Positions 25,445 through 39,442 of a DNA stretch of 64,000 nt are shown here, piece after piece (the first letter of the stretch is position 1; each line of letters begins with the position of its first letter). The notes under the pieces were generated by a model that was not told the DNA's origin, searched no databases, and was given only the letters and a program-made list of their open reading frames with translations. The DNA is from Cystobasidiomycetes sp. EMM_F5. Its lineage: Eukaryota. The stretch spans positions 248,001 through 312,000 of the forward strand of contig JBPGPT010000021.1 in NCBI GenBank assembly GCA_051047955.1. Direction: 5' to 3'. Both the position numbers and the translations under genes were made by a program.

Positions 25445-26550
25445 CTACCTCGAGGCAGCCTTGTCCTTTTGCGCCTGAAAACCGAAAGGTGATCAACCAT
25501 CATCGATGATGACATCAAAGATATATGTATTACTTCATTGTACACTGCATCATTCAGCCCACGTCGGTTTCGCAGAACCTCGAAGATGAGAAATTGTATC
25601 CGCAAAACTGGGGGCACTCGAGTGAGCAAGTGAGCTTAGCAGGCTTGGCGATAAATGCCCTACCAAACATCGAGTTGGCCTCTCTATAAGACGACATTGT
25701 CAGTATGGTAAAATAGATAAAGTCCGTCGAAACACACGAATACTCCAGCTTGCAATCGGATCTCATGAGAGTGCCAAAGTTATCTGTGAGACGCAGTCAT
25801 TAGTACAAATTCAAGAATGCGCTCGGGTTATTAAATGGGAACTTACAGTCCTCTACATGATTGACAAGTTCGCAAAGAATGGCAAGTCTCCCATCAGCCG
25901 GTACAAGATCTGCTATACACGACATTATAAAGCATACCCATCGTCTTTTCCCACTTTTTGAAAAAGGTTCGCCATCTATCCTTCATCGCAGGCGATTTAA
26001 TCTCGTCATCTGTTATGCGAGCGAGTTTTTCATTGTCGTTAAATTCCGGAAAGTCGGCCAAGAAAGACGACACTAGCTCGTCGTCGTGTCTATTGTGCGT
26101 TTCTTCGAATTAGCATGAACGGAAGGTGCGCGAAGTCGGCCAGCTTTTCGTACTTTGTTAGCCGTAATTTTGATGGCGGTAGGGCTGTTATGAGTTTCCA
26201 ATATGTCCTGGAGTTCATCTGTCAAGCAACAGAGGCCATGATGTATACCGGAGAGCCTACTCTGCGTGTTCCATGCACTTCACTACATGCATGTCGAATG
26301 CACCAGTTCAGCCACTGTCAGACGTATCAACATGTCTCTGGTATGGCACACCTGCGAACTGCTTCTCGATATCTGTTGGAGCACTTCATCAGCAGCCTCT
26401 CATTTTGTAATTGCGAACACTACACCCACCCTCGTTGTTTGGAGCATTGGCTGTCAATGGCAATGTCGGATGAAACTCAGCATCTTCATGTTCCCTCTCC
26501 AGAACATGGCCTAACGCACCTGCATCAAATCCTTTAGGAACGACCTGCAT
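25445..26550 (-). CDS. PBDC1: PBDC1/Ypl225w (DUF757) family protein, 11 short exons
   Basis: Manual splice: MQVVPKGFDAANAPNNEDIEKQFAVKCMEHAETYWKL...LRLTKHDDEL...DRWRTFFKKWEKTMEDYNFGTLMRSDCKLEYSEANSMFVLRIQFLIFEVLRNRRGLND...AQKDKAASR*. All junctions are GT-AG and in frame. Confidence 0.88.
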
Positions 26551-26777
26551 GGTCTGCGGGTCAGAAGTATTGGAATCCTGGCAAGAGTCGGTCGGAGGCG
26601 GTGGTCCAACGAGGTCAAGTAGACTGATTGCGAAAAGTGGTGGACATGTACACATCTATTTGTAGACAATGAGCTACATATGCCTGTTCTTCCCAGTACA
26701 CACTGCACGACAGCACGGCCATTCTTGTACACTGCTACAGATGAGTTCACTCATGCTGAAACTGCTGAATCGTCGAC

Positions 26778-28665
26778 TCAGTCGACTATGCTCAGTTCGC
26801 GCCTACGATTTGTAGCATATGCGTCCTTGTGTTCATCCCAGATGCTTGAATCGGTGTAAAGACGAAGTCTCAGTATATTAATGATGAATGAATCAGCTGA
26901 CTGACCGTGTGAGCTCCGCAATATATTTTGACTGAACACTTTGCATGTACTCGAGAGTAGGCGAGTCAGATCGTTCCACGCGTATCGGCCTGCCGACTAT
27001 AGATGTCACGGGTGGTCCAGTCAGCGTGAGACTCGGGGCGTGTGTGGCAAACGCCCATACCGACAGAAACGATTGGATGGCGATATGGTAAGAAGCCAAT
27101 GGTGTCTATGTTGCGACCCAGACCTTTAATAGCTGCATACCTTACAAACAAGTCTGTCTTACAATTTAGTATGCCTCGTCCGTGAATGATGGCTGCACAT
27201 CGAGTCAGGCCTCGACAGTCAGGCTTTGGGACACGTACCGCGAAGTTACGGGAGACTCACGCAACGTAAAGCCAAATAGGCTTTGAAAGCGTTTTTGCAG
27301 GGTGTACAGCTTGGTGCCCTTCGGATTGGCCAATTGTTCGAATATCTGGCAAAAAACAAGGCTTAGTGCAAATCATGCCCACATTTGCCATGCCTGCGTA
27401 CATCGTTCTCGCCGAATGAGAATACGGGGACGAGATCCGCCCCTTCTTTGATTGCTAGCTTGATGAAGCCTAAACGACGCTTGAGGACGAGGTCTGCCGT
27501 TCCGGGGTGAGCTGATAGCGATTCAGCAGCCCCTCCGACCACGATTGTGATGGACGAGCCTGGACCTGTTGACAGAGATATAGCTTTACCAGGGTCGAGC
27601 AACGTACTATATAGTGATTAGCGTACCTCGCCGCAGTATGTGAGTGCAAGAACGGTAGGAGACGCTGCAGATGCCCAACCACATTCTGCGATGCTTTGGA
27701 AATCAGCGATTCTCTGTCAAAACTCATCACTTGATGCAGGATTTACAAGAGTTCACGATATATTGGAATGCGGAAGTTTGTTGTAAGCTGGATCCGGGTC
27801 AGTATTGTATAGCTTTGTAACAGCTCAATATTTGGAGAGACTCACAGTCATAAGTCGAGGCTGAATGCCGGGGAATAGATCAGAAAACCCGGTAGCTTGC
27901 AATCATGTCAGCATAACAGTCCTTCCTAAGACTGCACAATGCACACCTTCTGTGCCGAAATTGGCGATCGCGCCGACGCCAATGATGCCATGAGGATGAT
28001 AGCCAAAGACATATCTTCTGTCGGCAGGCAGGTCTACCGTCTTTTCAAGTCGTATCGGAAAGTATCCTGCAGAGCGTTATTGACTGTCAGCAACATGGCG
28101 AAAGGGTATTCCGTTCGGCGCACCGGCAAACAGCTTCCAGATACCAAGCTTGCGAAAGGTCTGAATAGGACGAGCCCCCTTTGCTGGTGCAGAATCTATG
28201 CGGATCTGTAGTCAGCGGCGATAATATGCCATACTCTGGCCACGTTCGGAGCCTACCGAACGCCACCCAAATAACGTAGACGATTAGAAATGGCCATGTA
28301 GGGGGAAGGGAACTGCGAGAAGCGTCTTATGTGAGTATGATCTGTTCTGAGAGCATGCAGACAACTGTAATTACCAGAGATAAAGGAATATGAAGAGCGT
28401 TAGCGGGAGTAGGGAACTCCACAGCACGACGACGGCAGTTTGCAGCCTGCGATTTGGTGGAACAGACAGCGGAACGAATCTATGAGACGAGATATCATAA
28501 GCCATCATTGCAGCATGCCACTAATATAGGAATCCATTCCACTAACTGGATGCGAGAAGCGGCTGATGCTTGGTTGGAGTTGGTCAAATCACTGTTGGCG
28601 AGTTGCGTTTCCAATGCCTTCACGGCTCGCGCCGCAGCTGCCTTCTCGCTTTCCAGTTGCGACAT
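26778..28665 (-). CDS. DGA1: Diacylglycerol O-acyltransferase 2 (DGAT2/Dga1)
   Basis: [21 protein letters not shown] (HPHG), [46 protein letters not shown]; ends ...RELSIVD*. Confidence 0.93.
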
Positions 28666-28889
28666 GGTCAGAAGAAGCCTCGGATCATTACTTCCAAGAG
28701 CTGCGACCTGTTCTCCGTCACCACTTCTTGTGATCGAATGACAGGAGTACCTGAGACGTATAAAGAGCCGTGATGAGTCCGAAAAGCTCGCTGAGCCTCA
28801 TGACAGACGCTCGGTAGCCATAGCTTTGGATTCGACAACATTCTTATAGCGAATCACCGCGTACTACTTCGTAGATTGTGTCCCTCATA

Positions 28890-31276
28890 CTACGCCGACG
28901 CCTCAGACTTGCTTTCCGTCTCCGTCTCAGGCTCTGCCGACTGTGTATCCCTGCCATTCCTCGGATCTCGGTAATGCTGATAAGAATGCTCTCCAGCCTT
29001 GAAGGTAAAGCGGATGCTTGGATTGGCTTTTGGCTTCGTTACCGGTAACGGATCTTTATCTTCGATTTTCGACATCGGCTTGTCAGCAGGCGGAGCAGGC
29101 TGCTGGTCAGTCCGCTGATCTTGCAGAATATCTGATTGGCGGCTATGGGACTCCGGAAGCGGACGCGACTTGTTTCTCGATGAGACGCCTTCACTCGAAG
29201 CCGGGGGCGGTCCCAGAACGGCAGCGTGCGCATCTATTGCAGGAGCGGTCGGCAGGGATGCTCTGTCAACGAGAGCTCGTTGTGGGCTTGCAACTGGCGT
29301 AGAAGCCTTGGAACGAGTCACTCTCGCAGTACTGGCCAACATCTCCTTAAAAGAAGCAGACGCAGCGATGTTCACAGCTTTTGCTATGGGTTTTACGTAG
29401 TGCATATCCGGCGAGGCCTGCTGCATCTGTGTAAAGATTCTTTTCGAGTGCTGATACCAAGGTTCTTCAATGAGTGCGGCAGCCTTGCCTGTTTGACCCT
29501 GGCCAGCGCCATTCTTGCCTTGTTTCGGTATCGCCAACATCGACTCGCATTGCTGCATTTCAGATTCGCTCCACCAATCACATTGCGTTAGAGTCTGGTC
29601 TGTCTGCACCCAGCCCCGCACTGAATACAGATGTCAGTATGACGCACACCGTTAACCGACGTATACTCACTGAAGCTTCCGATCCCCGTCATCAGCGCTT
29701 TTTGGCTGTAGCCGCCTTCCAAGACTGCCAACACTCGTCCTTGGCCATACTTATCTGCAAATACCGCAGCATCGCGGGCGAACGACTCGTAGAACACAGT
29801 AGGGACTTTCGCGTTATGCCTCGACATGGCGGCATATTCGTGCTCTGAGGCATCAAACCCAGCCGAAATGAGTAACAGGGTATTTCTAGGCGTCGCCGAT
29901 GTCTTCTTCAGGAAGCTGCTGGCAGCATCGAACAGACCATCGCGATATCTTGGGTACAGGACACTCTTAAACTCGTCCGTACTCGCGTAGGGTTCGAGGT
30001 GTATGTTTGTGATATACTGGCCTCCTCCTCCGCCAGATATGTTGACTGAAGCTGCCGCGATTAATACAGGATCAAGATCTTCGCAGGCTAAATCATCACT
30101 TTCAGCTGAAGTCTGGGACCAAAAAGACCGATATACGACTACTGACGATAGGAATTAACATCGTGTATCGATCCATAGAACACTTGTAACGGTTGCTTTG
30201 TTGGCTCTTCAAGAGGAGCGCCGGCCTTCCGAGGCGAACCTTTGCGGGGAGAAGACTTCTTCGATAAGTTTTGGATGTGCTTGTAAGCTAGCGCGTTGAT
30301 GCGCCAAGCAATCTGCTGTGTCCCATTGCCGTGATGCAAGTCTATGTCGAGAATGACTACCCTGTTGATCTCGTATTTTAGGTGCGCTGGCACAGAAATA
30401 TATAAGCTTGACTTCTTACAAGTCCCACACGAGGTAATGTGACTCACCGTAAGCCGCTGCGACGGCGACGTTGTTAAGCCAGCAGAATCCCATTGGTTGC
30501 TCTGTTTCGCAGTGATGGCCGGGCGGACGGACACTAACGAATCGTCGTATATGACTGACGCCCTGACTACATACTTGGTCGACTCCGTCGCAGCATGCGC
30601 CAAGAGCCCCCTCTAGTGCTTCTGTAGACGATTCGCATAGGTAAAGGTCGCCCTGCGAGAGCGAGTCTGGGACCTCTGATTGTCCAGTTCCCTGTCGATG
30701 GACAGTGTTGACAAGGTACGACGTCAACTTGGGGATGTAGTCCTCCCCGTGCGCGAGAGCTATTGCTGCTTCGACTGGCGACGCTAAAGCCAAACGGCGA
30801 GATGTGGTGAAAATGCTGAAGGGAGATCCGGTATGCAAGCTAGACAGAGATTGCGATGCGGTTATGGAGGAAGTGTTCAGGCTCAGGTTGTCGAGCAATT
30901 CTTCAAGGGGCGCTGTAGAGACGTCTTTGGAGTCGTAGTTCTGGACCGCTTTCGCATCAGTATTACTGTCTTTGGACTCCACACTACTTGCAGAAGCTCT
31001 TGATTGACTGCATGATTCCAACAAACGTCCATGCGCAGCTGCAAGGCCCAGCCGAATGGACCTTAAGCGGTCAGGTCGTTCGTATATATGTGCATCCGAC
31101 GGCGTTCTGGTGTAACGATGGAGATGGCAGAGGGATTGGAGAATGACGCCGTTGTCATAGGGTATTGCGGATTCAGCAAGTGGCTTTCCGTCCACCGAAG
31201 CCTGAATCGTCATGTTTGGAATAGGCTGCGAAGCTGTAAGTGACCCATTTGGCCTCGTTGAGATTGATAACTCCAT
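28890..31276 (-). CDS. HOS3: Hos3-type histone deacetylase
   Basis: YERPDRL, QGDLYLC, RPPGHHC..PMGFCWLNNV, DIDLHHGNGTQ, SIHD, ISAGFDASEHEY..MSRH and LEGGYS. Confidence 0.88.
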
Positions 31277-31532
31277 TGCGACCGGAGCATATCTTAGGAT
31301 GTGCTCGTCATAAGCTGCAACATTACTCGTTCTATGCGGGTCATTACTCAGTATTGATCAAAGCTATTGCGAGCCAGGCTTGACTTTGGCCTATTCGGAC
31401 GAAGCACCCTTGCGATAGTCGTAGCAAGCACAACTCAGCATTACAGCCAGCCAAAATGGTACGCCATGTCCTGCTTGGTGTCGGACGGCCTGATGCTGAT
31501 TGCTGCAATTCTGCTGATGCTGGGACAAAATA

Positions 31533-32364
31533 ATGCAGGCGGCTACGAGAAAGGGCAGCAAGATGCTGGGGCTCATCAACTACCGCCTCAGGATTACGCT
31601 CAACGATACACGCCAGTTTGTCGGGCAGCTGCTGGCTTTCGACAAGCACATGAACCTCGTCGTTGCAGACACTGAAGAATTCAGGCTGGTTAAGAAGAAG
31701 CGAGCAAAAGAGTACGTTGCAAAAGAGGCTGCAGTAGTCCCAGTGACTTGCAGTAGTATTCGGCTGATGCTTCCCCTTTGCCTTCTCTTACCTGCACTTT
31801 GCATTAAACGTCAAACCTACCTCAAACAGCGAGGAAGCGGATCCGGATGAACAGATGCTCAAGCGTGTTCTTGGACTGGTCATCGTCAGAGGAGAGACTA
31901 TAGTTAGCTTGAGTGTCGAAGGGCCTCCGCCAGCAGAATCCGGCCCAGGCGGTCCAGGGGTGAGATTTAGACAGCAACGAGTCGAGTACAATTTAGCATG
32001 CGCTGAATTGGCTTTCTACTCTCAGTTACAACCAGGAGGCGGGAGAGCGATGCCAGCGGGGCGTGGAATGGGTATGATGGGCGGTAAGCGAATGGGCCTT
32101 GCGATAGATACTAACAAGGCTGAGCTATCACTGTGCAAATAGGACCTCCGCCAGCAATGCGAGGTGGACCAGTGGCATTTGCACCACCAGGTGCCCCTCC
32201 TGGATTTGCTCGTAAGTCCAAGTCACATCTCATTCCGTTCAAACGAGGCTAAGCTCTGATGCTTTGATGCTTCAGCTCCCGGCGCATTCCCACCTGGCAT
32301 GGCTCCTCCAGGCTTTGCACCTCCTCCTGGATTCCAACCGCCTCCCCCTGGATTTGGTCGGTGA
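31533..32364 (+). CDS. SMB1: Small nuclear ribonucleoprotein SmB
   Basis: [66 protein letters not shown] and a PPGF-repeat tail. Confidence 0.95.
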
Positions 32365-32580
32365 ATGTGCTAGTCTGTCAATGCTGGCAATGCACTCGTC
32401 ACGTATAATAAAATGCGGGATTACTGTAAGAATCTGACAAGGTTGTGTACTCGCAAATGGAATCCATTCGTAAAACAAAAGCTTCGTCACTGTCTTGATA
32501 TGCGAACATCTGATGCTTCAGGAACCGATGACTGAAGTAATATTAAGACAACAGGCATGCGAAATTCTAGATTGACTGCC

Positions 32581-34279
32581 TTAGAAGCGCACTGCCGACC
32601 TGCTTTCAATCATTTCAATAGGTACCTTATGACCTAGCAGCAATCGAATGTTGGCAATGCCGTATCTGATCATTGTAGGCCTCTCAAGCGAGAGTCCCCA
32701 TCCTAACGCTCTGACCCCCTTTGGCAATCCCATCGGTTCCAGCATTTCCGGTCTAAACATGCCCGAATTACCAATTTCAACCCACTTTTTGAGCATTGGG
32801 TGGTATGAGAAGATTTCAAGACTTGGTTCGGTGTATGGATTGTATGCGGGTTTGAAGCGCAGTCCGTGTAGGCCCATCTTTGCAAAGAAGACTTCCATGA
32901 ATCCGATAAGATCGCCAAGAGTGATGCCTTCGTCGACAACCACACCCTCGACTTGATGGAATTCGGCCAGATGCGTCGCATCGACAGTCTCGTTTCGGAA
33001 GACACGATCGATGGAGAATAGCTTTGCAGGCTTCCACCCATCTTGCGCGATTTGGTGGAGCATCGCTGCAGACACGGATGTAGTATGTGTTCGTAGGACT
33101 AGTTTGGATGCTTCGCTCTCCTTCCAAGGGTATCTGTAACCAATACTGCCAAAGTCTCCATCCTGATGGACACGCTTAACCCTTTCCATGTATTCGCGTG
33201 GGAAGGCATCGGTCGTCGCCGGATCTTGATAGCCGTTGTCAGTCTAAGATTCGTAACTACAGTGTGGTCGGTATACGCGTACCTTTTACAAAGAAAGTAT
33301 CCTGCAAGTCGCGAGCTGGATGCTGTTGCGGCACGAAGAGAGCATCAAAATTCCAGAAACATGACTCGACGAAACGGTTGGTAGACATCTCCGAAAAGCC
33401 CATTTCGAAGAATATTTGACGAAACTCCTCGCGCACCTTCATCAACGGATGTAATGCCCCTGAAACCGGAGCAGCGCCCTCCGCATCGAAATTGTACTTT
33501 TTGAAAGTCGCAGTCTTCCATGCACCGCTATCAAAGACACTGAAATTGAGCGACGCAGGCAAGGTATCGTCCAAACGGCAGGCCTACCTTTGCAGCATCT
33601 CTGCCGTCACATCAGTTTCGAGTTTCGCAATTGTCCGTGAAAACTTAGAACCCTTTTCAACTGAGAAGTAGATATCCTTGTGTGGTGCTACGAGTTTCCG
33701 CTGTTTGAGTTCTTCTGGCTTCTCTGCCGAGCCCTTGGCCTTTACAGACAGTAATTGCAAGCGGACTGTATCTTCGGGCTCTGTTTCAACCTGTATAAGT
33801 GCAAATGAGTGAGAAATTGGTTCAAAACGCAATACATGCGAACAGCCTACACTTCTCACGAATCCAGTCCCCTGCTTCTTGATCCATTTCCGCTTGAATG
33901 CAGCAGACTGGCCGACGCTCGCAACGGACTTTCCTAATCTCTCTTGCAGTGTCTTTGCATCCAGGCCGCTGTCTGCACCAGAGCTTGGTCCAATCTCCTG
34001 CCATACGCGAAACTCGTGCGAGCCTAGTTGTGCCATCTGTTCGCCCTCTGGCGTTAAAACCAGGGTATCGTGGCTTTTTTGAGTCACTGCGACCATTTCT
34101 CTGGCAGTCAAGGAATCGAGGGCGGCCTTGATGGCCATTTGTGCAGCATGTTCTGAGCCTGCCACGGCACCATCTTGCCTGCCCAGACTCAATTGACGAG
34201 TATCGGTAATGTTTCCATCATTGTCGAGCGTTTCAAGGATGATGAGCTGCAACTGCTCCAGGGGCAGCTGAGCGGCCAT
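32581..34279 (-). CDS. FRS2: Cytoplasmic phenylalanyl-tRNA synthetase alpha subunit
   Basis: [68 protein letters not shown] and GLSLERPTM. Confidence 0.96.
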
Positions 34280-34542
34280 GATCCAGCCAGCTAGACGGCT
34301 TCAGAATACTTATTGAGTGCAGTGGCAGAGTTGGACCAGAGTCGAATTTAGCCAGACCTCGATATGTGGAACATCTGTGATTTTGAAAGATCATTTTTGG
34401 TCTTACACCCACACGCAATCAGCAAAAGCAGACGGAGTCAGATACTCTAGAGTCTTTACGCATTCATCAAGAACATCCCGCCAATACTGGAAATTCATCT
34501 CGTTTAATATCCTTCTCGTATCCAGCAACCCCAAGTCTGGCC

Positions 34543-35031
34543 ATGCTGCACCGCGGAAGCTGTCCCGCATGCGGTGCTCGTACACGATTTAGGCCACATA
34601 GCCTGGCGTACATTCCATCGTCCTCGAGGCTGACGTCGCAGAAGAATCTTTTTACGACTGTCCGGCTATCGCCGCAAGCTCGGACTCGGCTGGCCAACGC
34701 TTCCTTTCTTTCAGCCTTTCTGCTCTCCATCATTACTGTCGCCCATCTCTCCGGTTCCACTCGAACGAGCGGCCTTCCGTGTCCCGCTCTGCCGAACGGC
34801 TCAAGAGACGAACAGAGTAGCGCAAGGCGCATGATGGCAATGGCAGATCCCGAGCAACCCACGAATAATTCCTTTGACGCAAGACGTCGTCAAGAAGCGT
34901 CGCAAATTATTGCGGAGCATTCTCCTCCGCCGAGTACTAGCGAAGAAGTCATGCGACAGCCACAACGACGATACCAAGGCTTTACTGGTACGATAGCAGA
35001 TCTCGTGCGATCAATTTGGAGCAAGTCTTAG
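34543..35031 (+). CDS. Hypothetical small membrane protein, possibly mitochondrial
   Basis: 162-aa ATG ORF filling the FRS2-EFR3 gap. R/S/L-rich N-terminus without acidic residues, one hydrophobic segment (ASFLSAFLLSIITVA), then LPCPA. Confidence 0.6.
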   Translation: MLHRGSCPACGARTRFRPHSLAYIPSSSRLTSQKNLFTTVRLSPQARTRLANASFLSAFLLSIITVAHLSGSTRTSGLPCPALPNGSRDEQSSARRMMAMADPEQPTNNSFDARRRQEASQIIAEHSPPPSTSEEVMRQPQRRYQGFTGTIADLVRSIWSKS

Positions 35032-35139
35032 TGCAAAAGATGACATGGGCAACAACGACAATAATGCAATGCACTACTACAAGCTACAATCTATACACCG
35101 CTCGAAGGGTCTCGCCACAGCCATGGTGAAGGAGACACG

Positions 35140-37739
35140 TCACTGGGCGTACGGCGGGGTGAAAAGCCTATGCGGTGCCGCATGGCGACTGCCTCGTTCG
35201 TTGTGCGTCATATCATCCGTACTGCCCAGTATCCGCTCAAGGCGAGGCTTTCGGGAGCCTCTCGTTGGCGACTCGATCGATCCCGGCAGCATCAAAAACT
35301 CCTGTTGATGATCAATAGCGCTCACACCTCGAGGCGGAGTAGGGTTGTGGGTAACGCTCGCATCGCCGGCAACACTGGATCGGATGCTGCTTGCCACACT
35401 CGTGTGAACGCCCGTACTACGGCTTGGACTGTTCTGTCCGCTTTGATCGTAATGCAAGTGTGAGGGTATCGCACCGTGAGTGCTACCGTGCTGGATGGCA
35501 GTATTGCCCGACAAGCTGTTTTTCAGGTCGGCCAGAGAAGTACTGGGAATGGACGATGCTCGCGAACGGCTGCCGTATGGCGAGGACATCGTGCCATCGC
35601 CATGTGCCGGACTGCCGCGTATGCTCCGCGATTTCTTGCCGGGCGTATGCTGAAGTAGGCTCGCTCCCGTCGGACTATGCGCAAAGGGTTTAGACAGTTG
35701 CGCGTGCAGATCTACTTCGGACTGGCCGCTGGCATGCTGTAGAGCACTACTTTTCGACAGAGCGGCAATGCAGCTCGAGATATTTTCACCGTCTTGGACA
35801 TCCCATGTGAGACAGGCTGTCTTCAAGCCGGCAAGACTGTATTCGATGGATGTATCATGATTGGGTGTCCAAGCAAGCAGGACCGGTATCCCTCCCAGAG
35901 TAGCCTGTGCATCCCTCTGACTGTACAATATGATCAAGATGTCCAGGATACTATCGCGCTCCGAGGCACCCAGAGGTTTCCGAACGGTTCCATACAATCT
36001 GATCTGAATCTCCTTTGCCAGTCTTGCAAACGCGTGCTGTATTGGAGTACCGGCAGAGTGTAGCGTGATCTGTGGCACACCTGTTGCTCCTTGACTGTCA
36101 GACGGGTATGAAGTTGCCGAGGAACTGCTATATAGCTGTAGCAAGCTTTTCAGGAGTACCAGATAAGTTTGCTGAATTGTAGCTGCGCTGTTGCTTGTCT
36201 CTGCGTGATCCAGAATGGCAAGGCTATCCTGCACCTGATCAAATGGGAACGAAACGAAGCTAGGACGCTGTGACTGTGTGCCTTGTAAAATATCTTGCAG
36301 ACATTGCAGCACTGCAATTAGGGCCTGCGTGCGAGCGCCGTTGCCTCGCGCTACAGCTGAATAGTTGTCGGTAGCCCTAGCCAGGACATCGCAGACAATG
36401 TCGTCGAACTGCTCGGGATAGTATGTGTGCGTCCCTAGTGCAGAGACCGCGCTGCGTGCAGCAGAGCGGAGCGGATCGCGTTCTACCAGAGATAAGAGCG
36501 CATTCAAGACTTCGCCAATCGCTAAGTTAAGAACTGCGATTGGCGCGGAGAGTAGGGATGTCAGCATGCGAAGGGATGATTCTTGCTGAGTCGGCGTGGT
36601 CGCGTTATCAATCTTGACAGATTGGTCAAGCCAGAATGTCACAATAGCGAAGCGATATTGTGGCTGAGTCCATTCCAAGTATCGTAGATACAGCCATGTG
36701 AGCCATGCTTCATCTCGCCATACACTCTGCTTGGAACTGCGTGACGTGTTTACAGTGATGTGCAGGAGGTCTTCCAACTGGCGAGGACTTGATGAGGCGA
36801 ACAGCTTCTTCAGATGCTGACACGCACGACGTGCAGACGCATCCTTGCCTGGCGGCTTCTCAGTTCCCACAAGCCCCTTTGCTATTCGTATGGAGCGAGC
36901 TCTGCGGTCATGCAGTGGCCGTCGGCTATTCACCGTTAATGAGTCTTTGGCGTGTTCGTCGGAACTTGAGGCGCTAGACACTTTGTCAGCTACGTATCCA
37001 GCTGTTAATTATGCTGTACTTACTGAGCTGTGCTGTCCAGCTCGTCGGCTGAAAGGCCGCCATCACCCATGTCATTGAGCAAAGTGGGCACGATGTACTC
37101 AGCCTGCTTCGCAAAGTCGCTAGAATAGAGTAGTTCCGAATTGATCAAGCCTTCGATAGCATGAAGCCCAAGGAGTCGAAGTTGAGGGGATTGGTCGTTA
37201 CTAGCTGTTTGACAGAGGCCTTGCAGCAGTCGAAAATACGAGGCCTCATCTACAGCAGCGAAGTCTGCAAACATAACGAGGGCATAGAACTGTATGTCAA
37301 TTTTGGTGACCATGCACATGTCAGCTCATAAGGCCGCAAAGCCCGAGAGGAATGGGTAACGACTAACAGCACCAGCAATCCTTTCGTGAAGCTCAATAGC
37401 CTCGTTGGCGCCAGCTTTGTGACTCAGAGAGATGCTGATAATGTGTATAGCTTGTCCGCTAAATACATTTATATCTCCGCGACACTCGTCCAGGAGTCTC
37501 TTCAGGATAGTGAGCGTTATGCACAGCGAGTTTATGGGCTCGGACGCCCGCTGTGACCGTGAAACGAGCACATTGGCGACCTTTGCAAGCTTGACTGGCC
37601 TAGCCTTCGTATAGAAGGTCAGCTTGCCCAGCGAGTTGGAATCCGGATCGATGGCCTGTTTCGACTTTGGATAGCAGTCGGCGACCAGTCGCTGATGATT
37701 CGGGGAAGGTATGCAGGGCACAAGGCCCCGTAGCGACAT
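35140..37739 (-). CDS. EFR3: Efr3 (PI4-kinase complex membrane anchor), 3 exons
   Basis: N-terminal Cys, NHQRLVADCYP, SLGKLTFYTKARPVKLAKVANVL, WTQPQYRFAIV and LGTHTYYPEQFDDI. Confidence 0.88.
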
Positions 37740-37980
37740 TATTGCCCGTCAGCAGCAGTGTTATGCAGTGTCGCAGGTATTGCAAATATTGAACAGCTTT
37801 ATGCGAAGCCAAGCAATGATGACCACAAGCCCGTGCCAGCTTTTACGCGCCACTAAACAGCGGAGAGGCAGGTCTGTTTACCCGTTATGCAGGGACCCCA
37901 CTTCAGCGTCATATGGAACAACAAGACTGGCTGAAAGATCTCCGCTCTCTTGGTTATTTTATGCTAAAGCCATATTTCAC

Positions 37981-39261
37981 TTAGCGGAGATCGCCCGCCA
38001 ACCTCCATCCGTCAGTCATTTTTGCGTTAGCATAATCCTCTTTGATTTGATATACCTTGCTAGCAGTCTGTTGTAGGCACTGCTTAGCTTCGGGGTACGG
38101 TGCTGAACTGGATTTCTCGGAACAGATTGCTGACCTTTGTTATATCCAAGTCCACTTCCACCATTACAGTCTCCTCATTACAACCCTTAGCTCTTGCTAG
38201 GACACCTTGGAGAGGCGCTGCTATCGCGCTTCGGCCCAGGAAGCCCTCCACTTTCGGACCCCCACAGCTGTTTGCTCGCAAGTCAATTAGTATAGACGAC
38301 TATTTGCGTATTTTCGCCCACTTACTTGACAAATGCAATAACACATTGGTTCTCGTATGCCCTCGTTCTGTTGCGGTGCACATCAGCACGCTGAGCGCGT
38401 ACGAGTCGTGCAACGTCGTACATTACCAGCGCGTCGAGCCACGACGACTCGGCTTCTCCCCTGTCAGGTAACAATATCAGGCGCATACAAGAGGGTATGC
38501 ACGCGTTGACTGACTCGGGATCTAAAGCCCTTCCTGCAGGCAAGACGTCGTTTGCCGTCCAGTAGGTAGGAACAATGATTAATTCGACGTCCTGGACGAG
38601 CAAAGCTCGAAATGCTTCTGGCCATGCAAAGTCTGTAAGGATGATCATTCGTCAGTGACTCTTCGAATTTGCACAAGCCGTTCGCGCACCCCAGCAAATG
38701 AGGAGACCGACTCGACCGAAGGACGTGTCAAAGACCAGATGGTCGTCCGTACCAGGATGTAGATAATCTTTTTCTGGGTGCCCTAAGTGCCCAAAAGATC
38801 ACTAGTTAGTGGACGAGCAGACCAAACGCAAGACACACGGACATAAGTTTCGCTTTCTGTATTTTCCAAGAACACTCCCGCTCTTGTCGATGTAGAAAGC
38901 TCTGTCAATCTGCATCAGCCCAGCAGTCGCAATGCGAGACTATGCGCACGAACGTGTTGAACGTCTTGCTATCTTGCGAGTCTTGTCTTTGGTGTTTTGC
39001 GACTATTGTTCCAATAACGACATCAACGGTGTACTTTCGTGCAATAGCGCAAGATCTTTCCAGCAGAACATCGTCCATCGCTATCTTCTCCCGATGTTCA
39101 AGATCTTCCAGTAATCCTTGCAGGAAGTATTCCGGGAAACAGACAAGCTGGCAACCAGCACTTGCTGCTACGGACACCTCCTGCTCGAATCTTGCAAAGT
39201 TGTCCTCGATGCTGGGCAAGGATGTCATCTGACATAACGCAATCTTGACCCGTCCGGGCAT
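37981..39261 (-). CDS. Carbon-nitrogen hydrolase (nitrilase superfamily)
   Basis: The E-K-C triad is intact after splicing: CFPEYF, YRKRNL|WHPEK, GLLICW|DFAWPEAFR. Also RAYENQC. Confidence 0.9.
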
Positions 39262-39442
39262 TGCTGAGCAGTCGGGTCATTCCTATGCAGCAGAGTTCGG
39301 TGTCGGGCTAAGCTAGCATGGGACAAAGTCATTATCATCTCTACTGCAGACTATTAAGCCCAAGCCCATGTGAACACACTCCGAAACCTTACATTTCAAC
39401 TTGAGCACTGCGACACCGTTCAGTCCCGCGAAAGCAACTTCC

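Noticed and set aside
28765..28795. TGATGAGTCCGAAA..CTGA, resembling a hammerhead ribozyme core or C/D snoRNA boxes
   Set aside because: The core reads GTGATGA rather than CTGATGA, stem II is absent and no cleavage-site stems are evident. C-to-D spacing (~15 nt) is far too short for a snoRNA.
32140..32364. Repetitive CCTCCTGGATT-like units
   Set aside because: They encode the normal PPGF repeats of the SmB tail; not a DNA repeat element or CRISPR array.
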